From Candidatus Hydrogenedens sp. (GTDB lineage Bacteria > Hydrogenedentota > Hydrogenedentia > Hydrogenedentales > Hydrogenedentaceae): a stretch of DNA of 64,000 nt. This document shows positions 60,406 through 64,000 of the stretch, piece after piece. Each line of letters starts with the position of its first letter. The first letter of the stretch is position 1. Position numbers and translations under genes: made by a program. The DNA lies in the NCBI GenBank assembly GCA_049968235.1, contig JBMFRC010000001.1, positions 357,443-421,442 of the forward strand. Direction: 5' to 3'. Below the pieces are notes generated by a model. It had not been told where the DNA came from. It searched no databases and was given only the letters and a program-made list of their open reading frames with translations.

Positions 60406-60786
60406 TTATTTTTTCTTTGCGGGTGTTGGTTTTCTTTCTTCGCCTGCAATAACAATGTGTATATGTGAATGACGATGACGAATACGGACTGCTCGTCCCC
60501 GAGGTGCTGATTGATAAGAACGGACGATTCTCCCTGGGTCTACACGAACCTCCGTAATCTGCATCTCATCTGTATCTATTCGCACTTTTTTCTGCCTCGC
60601 TTTTTCTTCTGCATTGGCGACAACGGACTGCAATAGTTTCAGCAAAGGTTCACCGGAACGTTTTAATGTAAAGGTTAGGATATCCCTCGCTTCTGCAACT
60701 TTGCGTCCGCGTATTAAATCAACCACCAATCGCACTTTGCGAGGTGCTATTTGTAAATGTCTTAAATGGGCTTCTGCAGAAATCAT
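60406..60786 (-). CDS. rplV: 50S ribosomal protein L22
   Basis: AHLRHLQIAPRKVRLVVDLIRGRKVAEA. Confidence 0.9.
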   Translation of the reverse strand: MISAEAHLRHLQIAPRKVRLVVDLIRGRKVAEARDILTFTLKRSGEPLLKLLQSVVANAEEKARQKKVRIDTDEMQITEVRVDPGRIVRSYQSAPRGRAVRIRHRHSHIHIVIAGEERKPTPAKKK

Positions 60787-60796
60787 GGTTTAACTC

Positions 60797-61066
60797 CTAT
60801 TTCTTTTTACTATCCGGATGTCCATGGAAAACGCGGGTTGGAGCAAACTCACCTAATTTATGCCCAACCATATTCTCAGTTATAAACACCGGGATAAAGG
60901 ATTTGCCGTTATGAACCGCTATGGTTAGCCCTACCATTTCAGGGATAACGGTAGAACGACGTGACCAGGTCTTTATTACCTTATGGTCACCGGTACTCTG
61001 CTGTTTCAATACTTTATCCAGCAGTGATGCGTCAATAAAATATCCTTTTTTCAGTGAACGAGGCAC
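60797..61066 (-). CDS. rpsS: 30S ribosomal protein S19
   Basis: [19 protein letters not shown]...[16 protein letters not shown]. Confidence 0.9.
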   Translation of the reverse strand: MPRSLKKGYFIDASLLDKVLKQQSTGDHKVIKTWSRRSTVIPEMVGLTIAVHNGKSFIPVFITENMVGHKLGEFAPTRVFHGHPDSKKK

Positions 61067-61080
61067 TTTTTATCTCCTAC

Positions 61081-61902
61081 TTATTTCTCGTTTCTTCTTC
61101 TTAATATATATTTATTTGTCCGATGATTCTTCTTGCGGGTCTTATATCCTTTGGTCGGTTTTCCCCAGGGAGTTACAGGATGCCTACCCCCGCGAGTCCG
61201 ACCACCCAACGGATGGTCTACAGGGTTCATTACTTCCCCGCGAACTTTAGGTCGACAACTTAACCAGCGAGTACGACCTGCTTTCCCCAGACTGATATTA
61301 ATATGTTCCTCATTGCCAACCACTCCGATAGTCGCCCGACAAATACTCAATACTTTTCGCATCTCACCGGAGGGCATACGCAATACAACAAACCTTTCTT
61401 CTTTAGCAAGTATCTGGCAACTGTTTCCTGCTGAACGGGCTAATTGCCCACCTTTGCCCGGCGTAAGTTCTACATTATGGACCATAGTCCCCAATGGGAT
61501 TTTTATAAGAGGAAGGCAATTACCTACTTCAAAATCAACATTCTCGCCACTCATTACCGTTTGACCAACAGTTAAACCCTGGGGAGCAAGAATATACCTC
61601 TTTTCACCATCCAGATATGTGATAAGAGCGATATTAGCAGAACGCATCGGGTCATATTCAATTGCAGTAACTTTACCCGGAATACCATCTTTATCACGAC
61701 GGAAATCAATAACTCTGTAAAGCCGTTTATGTCCTCCTCCGCGTCTGCGGACTGTGATGCGACCTAAATTATTTCGTCCCGATTTTTGTTTGAACGAAAT
61801 TAATAAATTCTTTTCCGGCTCTTTTTTTGTCAGAGTTGAAAAATCAGCCACCGTCATATGTCTGCGAGACGGTGTATAAGGTTTAAATCTCTTTACCGGC
61901 AT
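61081..61902 (-). CDS. rplB: 50S ribosomal protein L2
   Basis: [16 protein letters not shown]...GGGHKRLYR...[10 protein letters not shown]. Confidence 0.9.
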   Translation of the reverse strand: MPVKRFKPYTPSRRHMTVADFSTLTKKEPEKNLLISFKQKSGRNNLGRITVRRRGGGHKRLYRVIDFRRDKDGIPGKVTAIEYDPMRSANIALITYLDGEKRYILAPQGLTVGQTVMSGENVDFEVGNCLPLIKIPLGTMVHNVELTPGKGGQLARSAGNSCQILAKEERFVVLRMPSGEMRKVLSICRATIGVVGNEEHINISLGKAGRTRWLSCRPKVRGEVMNPVDHPLGGRTRGGRHPVTPWGKPTKGYKTRKKNHRTNKYILRRRNEK

Positions 61903-61914
61903 TGTTTATAACTC

Positions 61915-62208
61915 CTAAACGAGTTCAATTTTTTCGCCCGCCCGAAGGGTAACGATAGCTTTTTTCCAGTCCGCTTTTTTCCCCATCTGACGGGTTCTAA
62001 AATTTCTTCGTGTTTTACCTTTATAGTTCATGGTGTTCACACTTACTACATGAACACCCGGGAACATAGTTTCTACTGCTCTTTTAATTTGAATTTTATT
62101 GGCTTTTGATGCAACCTGAAAAGTATATTGGTTGGCTTTTGCTGTCTGGATCTGTGACTCTTCGGTTATCACCGGTTTTTTTATGATATGATAGACTTCA
62201 TAGCTCAT
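61915..62208 (-). CDS. rplW: 50S ribosomal protein L23
   Basis: 97 aa, between rplD and rplB. The stop overlaps rplD. Confidence 0.85.
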   Translation of the reverse strand: MSYEVYHIIKKPVITEESQIQTAKANQYTFQVASKANKIQIKRAVETMFPGVHVVSVNTMNYKGKTRRNFRTRQMGKKADWKKAIVTLRAGEKIELV

Positions 62209-62831
62209 GATAATCTTTCCTCCAATGAAGGAATGGCTTCTTCCTGAATAAATATTTTATATGCCCATAATACATCGTAGGCATTAACATCTCCTGCGGT
62301 TCTTACTTCTACATTGGGCATGTTGCGAGTAGAAAGCATAAGATTATTATCTATCGATTGCGTTATAATAAGCGTTTTCTTCTCTTCGGGATGTATTTTT
62401 GATAAAATATCAGCAACGGCTTTCGTTTTCACCTGTTCTACTTTGAATCCCGCAAGTCCGAAAAGCCTTTGATTTCTTAGACGGTCGCTTAATGTACTAG
62501 ATAACGCCAATCGTTTCATCTTGACAGGGACATCAATACGATAATCGCGGGGACGAGGTCCGAAAACAATACCGCCACCACGCATTTGCGGTTCACGGGT
62601 GCTTCCATGTCGGGCATTTCCTGTTCCTTTCTGGCGATAAGGTTTTTTACCACCTCCGCTCACTTCTCCGCGATTTTTCGTTTTATGCTGTCCTGTATGA
62701 AGGGAACTGCGTAATGCCCGTATCACTTCATGGACTAAGGTCTCACGAATCGGGGCATCAAATACTTCCGATTTTACTTCCCGTTCATACTGCAATTTTC
62801 CTTGTGTATCAATGACCGGTATTACAGCCAT
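62205..62831 (-). CDS. rplD: 50S ribosomal protein L4
   Basis: [37 protein letters not shown]. Confidence 0.9.
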   Translation of the reverse strand: MAVIPVIDTQGKLQYEREVKSEVFDAPIRETLVHEVIRALRSSLHTGQHKTKNRGEVSGGGKKPYRQKGTGNARHGSTREPQMRGGGIVFGPRPRDYRIDVPVKMKRLALSSTLSDRLRNQRLFGLAGFKVEQVKTKAVADILSKIHPEEKKTLIITQSIDNNLMLSTRNMPNVEVRTAGDVNAYDVLWAYKIFIQEEAIPSLEERLS

Positions 62832-62834
62832 GGT

Positions 62835-63476
62835 TTATGCATTCCTTTTTATTTTTACAGTGTGCTTTATTTCAACTAAACCCCCATTAGCACCGGGGAT
62901 AGAACCACGAACTACTAGCAAATTCTTTTCAGGGACGACATCTACAACTTCCAGATTTTGAACCGTCACACGGACATTTCCCATGTGGCCCGGAAGTCCT
63001 TTCCCTTTATATACTTCTGCGGGATAGGCACTTTGTCCTATGGAACCCGGTCTACGATGGAAATTTGAGCCATGAGTTCCCGGACCTCCGCTATATCCAT
63101 ACCGTTTCACGACGCCCGCAAATCCTCTTCCTTTGGACTTTCCAGAAATGTCTACCCGGTCACCTATCTTAAATATATCTAATTTAATTTCGTCACCGGG
63201 TTTTAGAGGGTTATCTGATTCCACGCGAAATTCTTTTAAGAAACGCTTCGGCGGAACACCTGCTTTCTCGAAATGTCCTTTCAGGGGTTTGGTGCATCGT
63301 TTCGGCTTTATATCATCAAAACCGACCTGAACTGCTTCATAACCATCTTTTTTCTCTGTTTTTCTTTGAATGACTACACACGGACCTGCCTGGACAAGGG
63401 TTACATCTATCCACTGTCCATCCTGCGTAAATATCCGTGTCATTCCTAATTTTTTACCCAGAATTCCCGTTGCCAT
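62835..63476 (-). CDS. rplC: 50S ribosomal protein L3
   Basis: [35 protein letters not shown]...[10 protein letters not shown]. Confidence 0.9.
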   Translation of the reverse strand: MATGILGKKLGMTRIFTQDGQWIDVTLVQAGPCVVIQRKTEKKDGYEAVQVGFDDIKPKRCTKPLKGHFEKAGVPPKRFLKEFRVESDNPLKPGDEIKLDIFKIGDRVDISGKSKGRGFAGVVKRYGYSGGPGTHGSNFHRRPGSIGQSAYPAEVYKGKGLPGHMGNVRVTVQNLEVVDVVPEKNLLVVRGSIPGANGGLVEIKHTVKIKRNA

Positions 63477-63517
63477 TCTTGGGATATCCTTACTATTAAG
63501 CGTTAATTAGTTTTCAT

Positions 63518-63823
63518 TTACTGTTTAACTTCCACATCCACGCCGGGCGGTAAAGCCAGTTTGGTAAGTTCTTCCACCGTGGCTTGTCCTGGATTAATTA
63601 TGTCTATAAGTCTTTTGTGAACACGCATTTCAAACTGTTCTCTCGACTTTTTATCTACATGCGGACTGCGATTTACTGTGTATTTGTGCATTTCCATCGG
63701 TAAAGGCACTGGACCACGAACCGCAGCACCTGTCTTCTTTGCAACAATAACAATCGCCTTTGCGGACTGGTCTAACAATCTATGGTCATATGCCTTTAAC
63801 TTAATTCTTAACCGAATGCTCAC
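63518..63823 (-). CDS. rpsJ: 30S ribosomal protein S10
   Basis: [25 protein letters not shown]...[23 protein letters not shown]. Confidence 0.9.
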   Translation of the reverse strand: MSIRLRIKLKAYDHRLLDQSAKAIVIVAKKTGAAVRGPVPLPMEMHKYTVNRSPHVDKKSREQFEMRVHKRLIDIINPGQATVEELTKLALPPGVDVEVKQ

Positions 63824-63847
63824 TTTATCTCTCCTTTAACAAGGTAA

Positions 63848-64000
63848 TTACTCTATAATTTTACTGACGACACCCGCACCTACGGTTCGTCCACCTTCTC
63901 GAATGGCAAATCGCAACTGCTCCGCCATCGCTATCGGCGTTATCAACTTCGCACGTATACGAATATTATCTCCAGGCATCACCATCTCTACTCCCTCCGG
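63848..64000 (-). CDS. tuf: elongation factor Tu, 3'-terminal 50 codons (gene continues beyond window end)
   Basis: Hand translation of the minus strand: [50 protein letters not shown]. Confidence 0.85.
   Translation of the reverse strand, partial: PEGVEMVMPGDNIRIRAKLITPIAMAEQLRFAIREGGRTVGAGVVSKIIE

Noticed and set aside
50220-63330. Numerous + strand and alternative-frame ORFs inside the ribosomal protein cluster (for example 50220..50588, 55487..55849, 59305..59634, 61133..61564)
   Set aside because: They overlap highly conserved ribosomal protein genes on the opposite strand or in another frame, and are composition artefacts.
1-64000. CRISPR arrays, rRNA and tRNA genes, IS elements or integrases
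   Set aside because: No regularly spaced direct repeats, no tRNA-like GTTCGA(A)TCC or acceptor patterns in intergenic gaps, no rRNA-like stretches, and no transposase or integrase-like ORFs were seen.

Overview
Low-GC (roughly 38-40%) bacterial chromosomal segment. Lpt, SurA-like and class A PBP genes suggest a diderm, and a DUF1559/prepilin-type gene is consistent with a PVC or Omnitrophica-like lineage; the lineage call is inference only.

The right third (49.6-64.0 kb, minus strand) is the conserved S10-spc-alpha ribosomal protein cluster. Its order is tuf(partial)-rpsJ-rplC-rplD-rplW-rplB-rpsS-rplV-rpsC-rplP-rpmC-rpsQ-rplN-rplX-rplE-rpsZ-rpsH-rplF-rplR-rpsE-rplO-secY-map-infA-rpmJ-rpsM-rpsK-rpoA-rplQ, with no rpmD, adk or rpsD in this window.

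The middle (26-48 kb) holds housekeeping genes: a DapA-family aldolase, cysK, lptCAB, coaX, nadC, a class A PBP, trpS, acs, an MFS transporter and metG. It also holds an envelope-modification cluster: a VanZ-like protein, a secreted protein, a large polytopic membrane protein and an LtaS/EptA-like sulfatase-family enzyme.

The left 26 kb looks more accessory. It contains:
- a 5'-partial sodium:solute symporter followed by small membrane ORFs;
- a prepilin-type DUF1559 pseudogene with an in-frame TAA, next to a ~300-bp tract that is >85% AT;
- a divergent GntR(YtrA-like)-ABC ATPase(frameshifted)-membrane operon ending in a 780-aa orphan membrane protein;
- an ATP-grasp fragment-like protein, an SDR epimerase, an M23 peptidase translationally coupled to a SurA-like PPIase, and a membrane-anchored C45 Ntn-hydrolase;
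- a YfhO-like membrane protein.

The most notable locus in this part is a co-transcribed pair resembling Bacillus SbcEF/YhaON. The SMC-like ATPase has a two-helix transmembrane hairpin inside its coiled coil and degenerate Walker A/B residues. Its SbcD/Mre11-like phosphoesterase partner has substitutions in nearly all catalytic metal-binding motifs.

No rRNA, tRNA, CRISPR array or obvious mobile element was recognised.
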